From positions 1 through 64,000 of IMG/VR virus record IMGVR_UViG_3300035698_020096: a DNA stretch of 64,000 nt. One strand, given 5' to 3'. Shown here one piece after another: positions 26,186-37,600 of the stretch. The stretch is from a virus. The notes under the pieces were generated by a model. It ran no database searches. It was given only the letters and a program-made list of their open reading frames with translations, and was not told where the DNA came from. How positions within the stretch are numbered: the stretch's first letter is position 1; every line of letters begins with the position of its first letter. The translations under genes were made by a program, and so were the position numbers.

Positions 26186-26626
26186 TTAATCCTTAAATCT
26201 ATTAGATAGATAACTAGCCGCCCTTTTCTTATTTAGTAAAGTCCCCTTCAACATAAGGATATGTTTACAAGGCCCTCCTTTATTCCTACTTTTCCATTGA
26301 TAGTTTCCACAAGAACACTGGTAGGGTTCAGTAGATATTTGATACTCATTGCCCTTGGGACTAATACAAAGAAATCCATTAGGTATAGGGGCAATAAAAT
26401 AACCTAGAGTAATCATTTCCCCATACATAAGAATATAAAACATATTCTCAGTGGTCTCCCATAGATGATTACTAATGTCGATAATTCTTTTTACCCCTGA
26501 ATTATCCTTCCATACTAAATAAGGTGTATTATTCTCTATCTTTATTTCAACAGTGGATTTCTTATCTAACCTCATTTCTTCTGTAAGGATAGATTTAAGT
26601 AAGAGATATTCAAATGTAAGATTCAT
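26186..26626 (-). CDS. SWIM zinc-finger protein
   Basis: CSC-x12-CKH (CxC...CxH); lone minus-strand gene inside the head module. Confidence 0.8.
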   Translation of the reverse strand: MNLTFEYLLLKSILTEEMRLDKKSTVEIKIENNTPYLVWKDNSGVKRIIDISNHLWETTENMFYILMYGEMITLGYFIAPIPNGFLCISPKGNEYQISTEPYQCSCGNYQWKSRNKGGPCKHILMLKGTLLNKKRAASYLSNRFKD

Positions 26627-26756
26627 AAAACTAGATACTTTAAATACTTAATGTCAATATTAGGGAATTAAATTAGTTATTAGGGATACTTAAGATGTTC
26701 ACATGTATAAATCATATATCCAATAAGCTAGGAAATAATCATATATAAATAAGAGC

Positions 26757-28232
26757 ATGTTTCCTAAAAGTCACGTATTGTCTCAGAGTGGAGGTGTACT
26801 AAAAGTACCTCTAGCTAAATTAGGTAAATGGTTTCATAAAGCATATGGAGTAGTAGAGTTCACAAGAGAAGACTTTAAAACTATCATTGATAACTTTAGA
26901 GATAATCTCTTAGGCCATAAGCCTTATCTAACCTTCGGTCATCTGCAAGAGGATTTCTCAGTTGACTCACATAAGAAGAAAGGGGATATGATAGGGTTTG
27001 CTGAAGAAACTGATACTCTTTATGGGTTATTCAAGGCCACTGAGGACGCTTATAAGAGTGTACAGTCAGGAGAATATGAATTCTCTTCTGGAGAGTTCAT
27101 AAGAAACTATTTAGATAAGGATTCAGGTGAAACTAAAGGTACCCTTGTTTTAAGAGTTGCTTTAACCAACTCTCCTTTTATTCCCAATCTAGATAGAGTT
27201 CAAGCCTTCTCTCAATCTGAGAAAGAAGAGTCTACCCAAGTATTTACCATGAAGATTGATATGACAGAAGAAACCAGTAATAATACAAACCCCAATGTTC
27301 CCAATACTGAAGCAGTACCTACTGAACAGAAGATGGATAAAGACTTCGTGGAACAAGTTGATAAAGTTGAAGATCCGCTCACTAAGGATGTAGTCTCTGA
27401 TACTAATCTAGATAATGATAAAGTAACTCCTCATGTAGATGTTAAAGATGAGCCTACAGTCGTTACTCCTGAGGTATTAAACTCACCTCAAGCTCCTGTT
27501 TCCCCGGTTACTGCTAAAGAAAAATCAGTTGTACCTACAGCGGAAAGTCTGTCTGTAGCTTCTACAGAAACTGAGGATAATAAACAATCAGATGAATCAT
27601 TAAGCAATCCATCCTCCATTAAAACTCCTGCACCAAATATGAATACAGCTGCTCCCGTTGCCCCTTCCCCGGTACTTAATGTACAACAAGGTTTATCTCA
27701 ATCTCATCTAGATATTGATACTCTTGTTGGAGATATCACTAATAAGCTAGAGAAGCGTTATGAACGTACAGTTAATGAGTTATCTACTTTAGTTAAAGAT
27801 TTACAAACTCAATTAGTTGCTAAGCAACAAGACCTAGAGAAAGTAAAGACTGTTACTCAAGCCCAAGCTTTCTCCTTATCTCAAGCTCAGCAACAAGTAC
27901 TTACTGCCCAAGAAAAGGTTACTGCAGAATATTTAATGGGAGAAGGAGTATCTCCTGCTCTTATTCAACGATTCTCTCAAGTTAGAGAAGCTATCATTAG
28001 TAATTCTCAAGTAATCCGTTTATCTGATAGTGAAGGTCAAAATGAAAGAGAAATTTCTGTAATTCAAGCTCTTAGTGATTTAATTGTAGATGCAACTAAT
28101 ACTCCTGCTATCAACTTAAGTCAAGAAGGTACTTCTTACTATCGTCGTCATGATTCTAATGGATTACTAACTATTGCAGAAAAGACCATTAGAGAGAATC
28201 GTCAAAGAGCTCAACAAATGAGTAAGAAATAA
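26757..28232 (+). CDS. Mu-like prohead protease-scaffold fusion
   Basis: FGH...YEFSSGEF...VALTNSPFIPNL protease motifs, then a low-complexity linker and a coiled-coil C-terminus. Confidence 0.8.
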   Translation: MFPKSHVLSQSGGVLKVPLAKLGKWFHKAYGVVEFTREDFKTIIDNFRDNLLGHKPYLTFGHLQEDFSVDSHKKKGDMIGFAEETDTLYGLFKATEDAYKSVQSGEYEFSSGEFIRNYLDKDSGETKGTLVLRVALTNSPFIPNLDRVQAFSQSEKEESTQVFTMKIDMTEETSNNTNPNVPNTEAVPTEQKMDKDFVEQVDKVEDPLTKDVVSDTNLDNDKVTPHVDVKDEPTVVTPEVLNSPQAPVSPVTAKEKSVVPTAESLSVASTETEDNKQSDESLSNPSSIKTPAPNMNTAAPVAPSPVLNVQQGLSQSHLDIDTLVGDITNKLEKRYERTVNELSTLVKDLQTQLVAKQQDLEKVKTVTQAQAFSLSQAQQQVLTAQEKVTAEYLMGEGVSPALIQRFSQVREAIISNSQVIRLSDSEGQNEREISVIQALSDLIVDATNTPAINLSQEGTSYYRRHDSNGLLTIAEKTIRENRQRAQQMSKK

Positions 28233-28410
28233 TATTAAGAATAATAGTTAACTTATTATCATTTAATCTTTAATATTCTTAAAGTAATAATTAATAAGTT
28301 TTATATCTTACTTACTACTTGAATTCCCCTTTAAGTAACTATACTTATAAGTGCTTATTAGGACCCATTGATATTTACCAATAATCTTTATATAAAAGTT
28401 AATTACGAAT

Positions 28411-29691
28411 ATGCCTATTTCACAAGTACCGAATAACACCAACTTTTCTCCAAACATTACACCTTGGACTTATACCAAGACTGATGGTTTACCGGGAGAA
28501 AGAGTATATACAGAATTAGCTCGTTCATTTGTTCCTCTTGTAGGTAATTCTCCTTTAACTGAAATCTTTCCTGAAGAAGTAATTCCAGAACGAACAGTTA
28601 TTATCCATCGTTCATTCGAAGCAGCCGCAGGTATCTTTCCTTTAGTTGACTGGGGTAAACCTGATGTAGTCTTAGGTACTGGTAATGCTGGTGCTATGGC
28701 TACTCAAATGATTCAGCCTCTAGTAATTCGACGTACCGCTGCTATATCTTATGGTGAATTAGGTATTCGAGTTCGTCCTGGTACAGCTAATGAACCCTAT
28801 AGCCCTCAAGAGCAAATCAATAATGTTATCGAAAACATGGTTCGTGAGCATAACTTAACTTGGGATGTATTCCGAGCTATGATACTTCTCGGTGGTATCA
28901 ACTACACTGACCCTCGTACTGGTGCATCTGTTCAAGTAGATGCTCAAATTCCTGCTCATAACTTCTGGGGATGGAATGTTTCATCTGGTTATAAAGGACG
29001 TCCAGAGAATCTTCTATTCTTAAATCTAATGGATAACAACAGCGTAGACGCCACCAGCGCTGGTACTCCTTGGACTGACCCTAATGCAGATATTCTAGGA
29101 ACTATCATGAAGTTCTCTAGTTGGTTTAAAAGCACCAATAAATCTCGTATTACAGCAATGTATATGAGTCCTCATTTAGCTCACGTGCTTAGCTTTAACA
29201 ATCAGGTTAAGATGAGTCGTGGAGCAACTGTCTTTGGTTTAGGTTCTCAACCTATCGTTCCTAACGGTCCTGACCCTAGTGTTGAAGGTATGTTTACAAT
29301 GGCTCAAGAAGGTTTATCTAGTATTGCTGGTATTCCTATTCGTATAGTTGAGACCTCTTATAGAGACCCAGTTACCGGTATTTATAAACTCGTATGGCCT
29401 AAAAATAAGGTTGTATTCGTATCTGAACTTGGTCCTAACGGTGATTCACAAATGCCGGGTCGTACTCAATTCTGTGTATCTGAAGAAATGGGTAATACCC
29501 CCGGTCTATGGGTGCGTACACAAGACAATACTCAGCCTCCTGCACCTCCAGGAATGTATATTCAAATGGGTAATGCCGGTATGCCTTACTTAAAGAATCC
29601 ATTTAGTGTTGCTCACATGACCGTCGCTAAAGTTAACGATATTAATAAACGAATGGGTGTAGTTGGAGATATGGGCTTCGGTGTTCTTTAA
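28411..29691 (+). CDS. major capsid protein
   Basis: 426 aa directly after the protease/scaffold, with capsid-E-like segments (PWTDPNADILGTI, AMYMSP, SIAGIPI, WPKNKVVF) and a distinct codon bias (CGT/CGA for Arg). Confidence 0.75.
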   Translation: MPISQVPNNTNFSPNITPWTYTKTDGLPGERVYTELARSFVPLVGNSPLTEIFPEEVIPERTVIIHRSFEAAAGIFPLVDWGKPDVVLGTGNAGAMATQMIQPLVIRRTAAISYGELGIRVRPGTANEPYSPQEQINNVIENMVREHNLTWDVFRAMILLGGINYTDPRTGASVQVDAQIPAHNFWGWNVSSGYKGRPENLLFLNLMDNNSVDATSAGTPWTDPNADILGTIMKFSSWFKSTNKSRITAMYMSPHLAHVLSFNNQVKMSRGATVFGLGSQPIVPNGPDPSVEGMFTMAQEGLSSIAGIPIRIVETSYRDPVTGIYKLVWPKNKVVFVSELGPNGDSQMPGRTQFCVSEEMGNTPGLWVRTQDNTQPPAPPGMYIQMGNAGMPYLKNPFSVAHMTVAKVNDINKRMGVVGDMGFGVL

Positions 29692-29864
29692 GTAGATATT
29701 AGATATCTCCAATAATTAAGAAAGAATAACTTTGAGAAATAGTTCTAAAGCCTTCCTATTTATAAAGATGTCTATAGTTCTATTACTGGTTAGGACCTCT
29801 TTTTACTCCTAGTACCTTACTTCCTATAACCCCATTGTCAAACTCTATTATTGAATAAAACAAT

Positions 29865-31379
29865 ATGCCATCTTTATCAACTGGTTTTATCAACTCAAAC
29901 CAAATCTTAGCAGGTGCTCGTAGACTCGGTACTATCATGCCTTATGTAGTAGCAGGTGTTTTACAACAACCCCGTTTTGTACTTCATGATACCGCTACTT
30001 TGACCGCAGCTATGGCTGACTATGCTACATGGTTAGCTTCAGCTACTACTTCGGCTGCTCCTCATATCATCTCTTTAGTTGGGGGTAGTATTGAGTTTGC
30101 AGGTAATGTATTTCCTCTAGATACCGGTCCGGGTTCAGGAGCTAATACCTCTGGTAACGTTAATATTGACCTCGATTATCTATTCTCTCAGCTATGTGTT
30201 AATACTGGTGGAGCTCCGGAGTATATACTAGCTGCGGTTCCTCGTTATAACGAACCGATGAGTCAAGCTGAAGCAGAGGAAATGGGTCTTAACTATTACC
30301 TATCCCTTACTGCATCAGGTGAATTTGTAGCCCGTAAGTTCATGGATCCTAAGTGTGCTGCCAACCTTTGTGAAGTAGGGGGCTGGATGCAGTTAAAACA
30401 GCGTATCATTGATGGTTGTGCTTCTTGCGAAGATTACGAATTATTTAATAGCTGCAATGACGATAATTTGTGCGAACCCTCAATGCTATGTATTCGAGGT
30501 GTAGCTTTTATCCTTGTTGAGATTCAACATGTAGGTAATTGCTGCAACCCCTTAGGTAATTACACCAAGTGCGAATTCGAGAAGCTTAAAGCTACCGTAT
30601 TCAACCTTGATTCTATCCGTCTATCTCCCGACCCTGTAGCTAACACAGCTGGAACTGATGTTGGATCTACCGACCCTGACATATATACTCTTAATGAGTT
30701 CTTTGGTTCAGTAGCAGTACCAACTCCATTCCCCTTAGATACAACTGGAGTTGGAGGTACTAATAGTTCCTTCTACGGTGTCCCTTCTGTGGGTACAGAT
30801 TATGGAGATGCTAATGGTCCTGGTACTCAACTATGGAAGATCAGTTCTATTACTTTCTATCCCACTTTAGATGAAGCTCTAAACTGTGGTCAAGGTAGAA
30901 CTCTTCAATCTCCTGATAGTATGGCAGAGGTTAGAGCTTTCCTTGCTAAGCTTACTTATGAGAATCCAGATGCTAATCCTTGCGACCCAAATCCATGTGG
31001 TCTTGGATGGGATGAAGCAGAGATTCGTCTAGTAGCCAGGGAATATGACTTAAGCTGCTGCACTCAACCTCAAGCGGATCAAGGTAACTTCCCTCAGATT
31101 CGTCGATTTATCACTAAGAGAGATGCAGTAGGTACTCCTTGGTTAGGTCGAGTCAATCCTATTTATAGTGACCAAGCTGCTATGTCACCTCGACTAGGTA
31201 TAACAAGTCCTTCCTTTGGTATGCACTTATACGCTAATCCCGTAGCCCTACTTAAATTCTCTATTATGACGAAAGTAGACCCATTGGCTCCGGCTATTGA
31301 TGGTGTATCTGACCCGCAAGCTAATGTTATTATTGACCCTGATTCCTTACAAATAGTACCTGGTTCTTTTCTAGGTTAG
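29865..31379 (+). CDS. cysteine-rich structural protein (possible capsid decoration protein)
   Basis: Follows the MCP with similar codon bias; about 16 Cys; has its own terminator. Confidence 0.6.
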   Translation: MPSLSTGFINSNQILAGARRLGTIMPYVVAGVLQQPRFVLHDTATLTAAMADYATWLASATTSAAPHIISLVGGSIEFAGNVFPLDTGPGSGANTSGNVNIDLDYLFSQLCVNTGGAPEYILAAVPRYNEPMSQAEAEEMGLNYYLSLTASGEFVARKFMDPKCAANLCEVGGWMQLKQRIIDGCASCEDYELFNSCNDDNLCEPSMLCIRGVAFILVEIQHVGNCCNPLGNYTKCEFEKLKATVFNLDSIRLSPDPVANTAGTDVGSTDPDIYTLNEFFGSVAVPTPFPLDTTGVGGTNSSFYGVPSVGTDYGDANGPGTQLWKISSITFYPTLDEALNCGQGRTLQSPDSMAEVRAFLAKLTYENPDANPCDPNPCGLGWDEAEIRLVAREYDLSCCTQPQADQGNFPQIRRFITKRDAVGTPWLGRVNPIYSDQAAMSPRLGITSPSFGMHLYANPVALLKFSIMTKVDPLAPAIDGVSDPQANVIIDPDSLQIVPGSFLG

Positions 31380-31394
31380 AACTACTAATATACA

Positions 31395-31421
31395 GAAAGG
31401 ATGTATCTAATACATCCTTTC
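31395..31421 (+). terminator. intrinsic terminator
   Basis: GAAAGGATGTAT-CTA-ATACATCCTTTC perfect hairpin. Confidence 0.8.
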
Positions 31422-31458
31422 CATTCACACATCAAATTACTTCAAATAGAACATTCTT

Positions 31459-32100
31459 ATGGTAAAGATATTTATAAATGCTCCATTTACTTATATATTT
31501 CAAGGTAGAAGAAAGACCGTTGGTAGTGGTCAAGAATTAGTATTTGATATATCTAAACCTTCACATAGAGAAGAGTTAAGGTTTCTTTTATCTCCTACTT
31601 TTGGATTTAGAAAGTTCATTAGAGCTGATGACAATATAATCCGTATTCTTAATTCAAATAATTATGATGAAGACGAGTTATCGATTAGACATCTAGCTGT
31701 AACTGAAAGTCCTGCATCCTTCACTCAACCAGCTCAAGAACCAGAAGAGAATCCTTTTGTACCTCAATATAAACAAGAGCCAGAGGTATCTAATCCTGTA
31801 GTTCCTATAGAAGAACCGGTTTATGTAGAAGAATTAAAGTCAGAGAATGAAGTTCAAGAAGCAGTCATATCAACTAATGAATCTAATCCAGTTGTTGAGT
31901 CTTCTATACCTGAAGATTACAATCTAAATGAGGAAGTAGAGAAAAGATATGAGGAATTAAATGCTACTCATTGGTCCAAGGTAAAAACAATGGTGGAAGG
32001 TAAGGGTGTGGAGTACACCAATAAACAGGAAGTTATAGAAGCTTTAATTGTATCGGAATTTAATATATCTAAGGAAACCCTAAGTGGAATACTAGCTTAG
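31459..32100 (+). CDS. hypothetical head-associated protein
   Basis: 213 aa with an acidic Pro/Glu linker and a short helical C-terminal domain. Confidence 0.7.
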   Translation: MVKIFINAPFTYIFQGRRKTVGSGQELVFDISKPSHREELRFLLSPTFGFRKFIRADDNIIRILNSNNYDEDELSIRHLAVTESPASFTQPAQEPEENPFVPQYKQEPEVSNPVVPIEEPVYVEELKSENEVQEAVISTNESNPVVESSIPEDYNLNEEVEKRYEELNATHWSKVKTMVEGKGVEYTNKQEVIEALIVSEFNISKETLSGILA

Positions 32101-32128
32101 ATACAGGCTCTTCTTATAGCAGGTTTAC

Positions 32129-33796
32129 ATGAATGAATTAAATACTGAACTAAATAACTATATAAACTTAATAGTTAATACTGACAAATTCATCAATGCA
32201 GTAAGAAGAGCCTCTGTCACCCTAAACGACAGAGGCTCTATTTCTGACGAGGTGATTAAGGAAACAACTATATATGACTCCTTTCCTCGAATTGTATTAA
32301 GAGTAGCTACAGCTAAGACAAAAGAAGGATTGCCTGTATTTAAAGGTATTGGGTATGGTAATGATTATGCAGACCAAGAACGAGAAGTATATAGAGTTAT
32401 ATCTCAAGAGCCCTTTAGTTCAGGGCTAACACGAGTAGCCTCTAGTCTTACTGCTGCCAAGTTAATTAGAAGTATTCCTCTTAACACAGACATAAAGTTT
32501 CTAGATTCATCTAAGTTTATTGAAGAGCAGGCTATAGACGACCTTGATAGTTTGATAGGGATACTAGTTGATAACCCCGAACTTATTGAAAGTCTTATTA
32601 AAGAAACTCAGTCCTCTAGCTTCTTCTTCGCTCAGGAAATAGACCTAGCTACTATACCCCCCTACGCCTTTGACCGAGTAACAGGTATAGTAGCTAGATT
32701 AGATAGTGCTGACTTATATCGTAATGTAAAGATACCTACTAATACTATTGCTGAAATACATATATCTATATCTAATGCAATTGATATTAAAGAATTAAGA
32801 TTACCTATTACAGATGGAGAAGATATATCGGATATAGTCAGTAAAATAGCAAATATTATTAATGAAGCTCTCATATCTCTAGATGCTAATCTTATAGCTT
32901 CTGTAACTATTAATCCTCCTATTAAAACCCCTCTTAAATATTCAAAGAGAGAATTATATGGAGACCTAAATAATGGGAATAAAGAGCTTATGTTTACTAT
33001 TTATCCTACTATTCATAGAATTCAAATAGCAGCTAAGAGTCCAACCATAGAAACAGAGAGACAGTTAATATCTATTAGTTCTGTCACAAGAAGTATAGAA
33101 GGGGTTGTAATTGGAGGTATTACAGGACTAGTATATAGTACCACTAGTAACTATAAGAATCTAACTAATAAAGGTCATCATTCCCTACTTGTTGATACCA
33201 CTCGTATAGCTGTAAAGGATATATCCTCTACCAATAAGATAGACCCTTTAGATATAGATAGCTTTCACTTTAGATTAAAGGATGGATATACAAGTACCCA
33301 GCCAGGTAGATTCCATGTTCGTATTAGTAATCTACCTGATAGTTCTTATCCTACTGAATGGTATATAGATTTACCTAGTTCTCAACCTCATATTATAACT
33401 AGCTTAATACATGATTCCTTTTATGAAAGAAGATTAGGTAATCAAGTAGTTACTAGTATGGGTTCCATTAGTACCTTGCAAATAATAGCATTTGTTTTAT
33501 GTCCTAAAGAGATAAAGATAGTAGTTGACCTCTTAGATATACCTGAAGGTCTAGAAGTGGCCACTGGCTCTTTAACTCAAGTACTTACTAGTTATAGTCA
33601 ATACTCTAGGTCAGTAACAGTTAAGTCTCAATTAGACTATGTTAACTACGCTAGGTCTACTAATCCTAAACAAGACCCTGTAGGTATTGGAGGTAAGGTT
33701 CCTCCTAGATATTCAGCTATATATCAAGACTTACAAGGTAAGTTAGCTAAGTTAAACAGGTGCAGTGTTCCCTTCATTAGAGGTCCTATATGTTAG
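32129..33796 (+). CDS. putative neck/head-tail joining protein
   Basis: 555 aa, positioned between the head genes and the sheath. Confidence 0.5.
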   Translation: MNELNTELNNYINLIVNTDKFINAVRRASVTLNDRGSISDEVIKETTIYDSFPRIVLRVATAKTKEGLPVFKGIGYGNDYADQEREVYRVISQEPFSSGLTRVASSLTAAKLIRSIPLNTDIKFLDSSKFIEEQAIDDLDSLIGILVDNPELIESLIKETQSSSFFFAQEIDLATIPPYAFDRVTGIVARLDSADLYRNVKIPTNTIAEIHISISNAIDIKELRLPITDGEDISDIVSKIANIINEALISLDANLIASVTINPPIKTPLKYSKRELYGDLNNGNKELMFTIYPTIHRIQIAAKSPTIETERQLISISSVTRSIEGVVIGGITGLVYSTTSNYKNLTNKGHHSLLVDTTRIAVKDISSTNKIDPLDIDSFHFRLKDGYTSTQPGRFHVRISNLPDSSYPTEWYIDLPSSQPHIITSLIHDSFYERRLGNQVVTSMGSISTLQIIAFVLCPKEIKIVVDLLDIPEGLEVATGSLTQVLTSYSQYSRSVTVKSQLDYVNYARSTNPKQDPVGIGGKVPPRYSAIYQDLQGKLAKLNRCSVPFIRGPIC

Positions 33797-34515
33797 ATAG
33801 TTTTCCAGTAGGTCCTCCTTTACCTTCTATTAATTACTTTATAAAATTCATATTAAAGAAGATAACCACGCATCCGCTTATTATCAATCCACCTATTAGA
33901 CACCCTCTAACTAATGAAAGAGTGTTTATCGATAGATGGAGAACTTACTCAGGCATAGAGTTTGGGTCAGGTATTACATGTGCAATCTTTCCTCATTCCA
34001 CGCCGACAGATGGGCTTTCTCTACCTAAACCAGGTGAAACTTCTAACTCTGTACTATTTGAAGAAAGTGATTTAGGTAGTGATTATGACCATGCTATTTA
34101 TCATGTAGCTCTTAAGTTACATATGAATGAGTATAAATTAGGGAATAAGGAAGATGACTTAGACCTAATAACTGTGCCTATAGATGCAGCTATTCATCCA
34201 TCTCAACAAGGATTTGAAAGTAATCAAACTAGAGAGATTGATATAGAAATTAACCCAGGGCTTATGGTTATATCTGACTTTCTTGAACTTATAAGATTAG
34301 CAATATTAGATAAAGCTCATCCAGTTAATCTACCTTTAATTCCTCGTAGTATTCAAGTATTGTACTTCAATATCAAAGAAGGTCCTTGGGAGAAAGATAA
34401 GCATATATATTTTCAAGAAGGAGAGATGTTAATCCGTATAGATTTAAAAGTATCTAAAGGATGGAGAGATAAATTCAACACTGGTATCCAACGCTTAGAT
34501 ATTAATATTAATTGA
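33790..34515 (+). CDS. putative tail completion/terminator protein
   Basis: 241 aa immediately before the sheath gene. Confidence 0.45.
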   Translation: MLDSFPVGPPLPSINYFIKFILKKITTHPLIINPPIRHPLTNERVFIDRWRTYSGIEFGSGITCAIFPHSTPTDGLSLPKPGETSNSVLFEESDLGSDYDHAIYHVALKLHMNEYKLGNKEDDLDLITVPIDAAIHPSQQGFESNQTREIDIEINPGLMVISDFLELIRLAILDKAHPVNLPLIPRSIQVLYFNIKEGPWEKDKHIYFQEGEMLIRIDLKVSKGWRDKFNTGIQRLDININ

Positions 34516-34600
34516 GACTAATATCGAGAATAATATTTATAACTACTAAGAACCCTTTATATACAGGTATCTTAAGCATAATTACATAGGTAAGAAATAT

Positions 34601-37600
34601 ATGTCAGCACCCCGTATTAACTTTCAAGAATTAAATGAGGGCTATTCCCCTATTCGTCCAAATGTGAATAATAGGATTGGAATATTAGCTCCTTTCTCTA
34701 AAGGCCCAGCTAATCAATTAACGTTTATATCTGGATATTCTGATTTCTCTGACCGATATGGTTCAGATAACTCAATAGGTTCTACTGCATTTCAAGCAGC
34801 ATGGGACCAGAAAGCTACTGAGTTTGGATTACTTCGAGTGTTAGGTAGAGCTAGACCTGCATCAGGTCGAATTAACTTTGGAGGTTATACCAGTAAACCT
34901 AATAGTCTAGTTCTTCTAATGAGCTTTATAGGAGAAGCTCTACCGCAATCAGATAGAATCCTCACCTCAAGCATTTTCACTAGTGGTAACTTTAGTAGCA
35001 CTACTACAGGCCGCTTCTGGTTCTTAGTAGATAGTATCGATGATGATGGTTTCATTAAACTTAAATACATCTTTATTCCTCAAGGTATTGAAAACTATAT
35101 AAACTGGTATCCAGAATATAGAGAACCTCAGGATTTAACTATAGACCCTACATTTCCATTAAATGGTATTGGTAATAATCTACTTAATGAAACCTCCGAT
35201 ATCTCTAGTATTAGCTCTTCAATTTTAAAGATTGAAGGAGCTGAACCTATGACCTTCGTTGATGGGTGTTTAGGTTTAGGTGGAACGGGAGAAGTATGTA
35301 CTCTAGGTATGGTTGAAGGTTGGAAGGTAACTATCGAAGCTGGACAGATGAGATGGGTATGGCATGTAGACAATTCTGGTACTAACTATCGTTTAAATCA
35401 ACCAGAGTCAGGTTATATAGGAACTCTACCTGTTATTATCCCTGGAACAGAGGGTAATTCTAGTTTCAATACAGCTATTGATAGTGCAGTACTTACTGAT
35501 ACTAGAAGTGGAGAAATGGTTTCCTTCGAAGGAGTACATGCTTCTAATCCTAGGAGTGGCGCTATTAACCCTTCAGTAATGCCTGTATATGACTATGTAA
35601 TTCTACATAAGACTGATAAAGGTATTCCTGTCACTATTGATAAAGGAGTATTTCTTAGCTTTGGTACTATGTCTCAAGTAGATGATATTAGTCTTCAACC
35701 AGGAGATATGTGGACAGTTAAGGTAGCTCACTTTGATTATGAGATTCCCTTATATGTAGATGCTTCCCCTAATCAAGTAGTAACTAGCATTATCGAGAAG
35801 ATTCAGGGAGTTAATCCTATTGGTATGGTAGAGCGCAATCAAGCGGATAATGGTATTATTTTCTCTCTTGATGAAAACTCTCTTACTGGTTCAGTAGGTA
35901 ATAACTTTAGCTATCATGTTGAGTTAACTGAACCAGATGGGGAAGTAGTAACTGAAGGTAACTTTTATAGTGGTGAAAGATATATACAGGTTCCTATTAG
36001 ATATGCTACTTACATTCAAGAAGGAGCTGAATTAAGAATCATTGATACTCCTGGTATATATGGAGTAGTTAATATATCTAATCCCTTTGACCCCGCATCT
36101 CCTACTCAATCACCTAATAAATCTCTTCTTCCTACCATCACTAGAGTTTTAAGAGTAGAAGCTCCTATTACTGGAGGAGGTCTAGCTACTATTTGGTTGG
36201 ATAAAGATGTAGTAGCTGACTTTGATTCTATAGCTATCTTTCACTTCATGAATCCAACTGGATTAAACATGACCCATTATACTTACTACCAAGCTAACTT
36301 TTTGCAAGGTGGTGAAGATGGGCCTAGAAGAGCTGAAAGGGATTTCTATAGTCTAGATGGTATTCCTCTACTTAAACTAGTAGCTACTAGTGAAGGAGCT
36401 TGGGCTAATAACTTAAAGTTAAGCGTTTATCCTATTGATAATAAACGAATTCAGGTTAGTATTACTGATTTGAATAAGGATAATTACAACCCCCCGATTA
36501 GAGACGAAATTCATATATTCTCTTTTGAAGATACTGATGAGCAAGGTTTTATAACTAGACTTAACCCTTCTAACTTTATAAGGGGAATCTTTCTGCCTAA
36601 GTATGCTAACCCTAACTATAACGTTGGGATGTTGCGTAAGAGCCCTATGCGTCTAGCTCCTCCGGATAATACAGTAGTAGACTCAGAGGATGCAGCACAT
36701 CCAGAGAACTTTGGACCTCGTATTCTTAAAGACTTTACCTTAGAAGGAGGTTACGATGGCCCTCCTATTCAAGATGAAGATTATATTAAAGCTCTGGACC
36801 AAGTAAGGAATCAACCTGTACATATCCTTATTGCCCCAGGCCAATACAGGTCTACCGTAGTTAAGTCTAGACTATTAGCCCAAGCTGAGAATGCTAATGA
36901 ACTAGAAGGATTACGAATAACCTTAATTAATGCAAGACCTGGATTAACCCCCGAAGCAGCTATGGCTGAAACTATTGGATTTGATTCGGATAAAGGAGTA
37001 ATGGTGGCTGGATGGTCTACATATGCCGGTAAGCAAGGAGCCCCTAGATTTGGACTATCCCCTGATACTCTACTTGCTGGTAAACTATCTGGTATTCCTT
37101 TCCATGTAAGCCCTGCTGCTCGTACTACTAGTGGTCCTATCTTTGGTATTGCTGAAGTAGATACTCAACCCTATACCTCTAGAGCTCAATTAAACCTTTA
37201 TCACAATGCACGATTAGAAGCAGTACATATTGACCCTGCTACTAACTCCTTTAACTTCCTTAATGGGAGAAGCTTAAGTTCTAATCAACAATGGGACCGT
37301 ATTAGCTTCAGACGTACCTTTAACGTTGTAAGGATGGATGTAGCTCAGAACTTACAGCAATATAAGAGTGAACCTAATACCGCTGCTCTAAGAACTCGTA
37401 TAGCTAGTTCTATTGATGCCTACTTAAGCACCTTAAAGCGTAACGGAAGTATTAGTGCATTTCAAGGTGCTGAAGTTGCTAGTCCTAATCCTGCCTCGGG
37501 TCTAGCAACTATTAGATTCGGATTAGCACCAGTATATGCTTTAGATTACATAGATGTGTATCTAATTCGTACTGATGATGGAACCATTACTAGACCAGAT

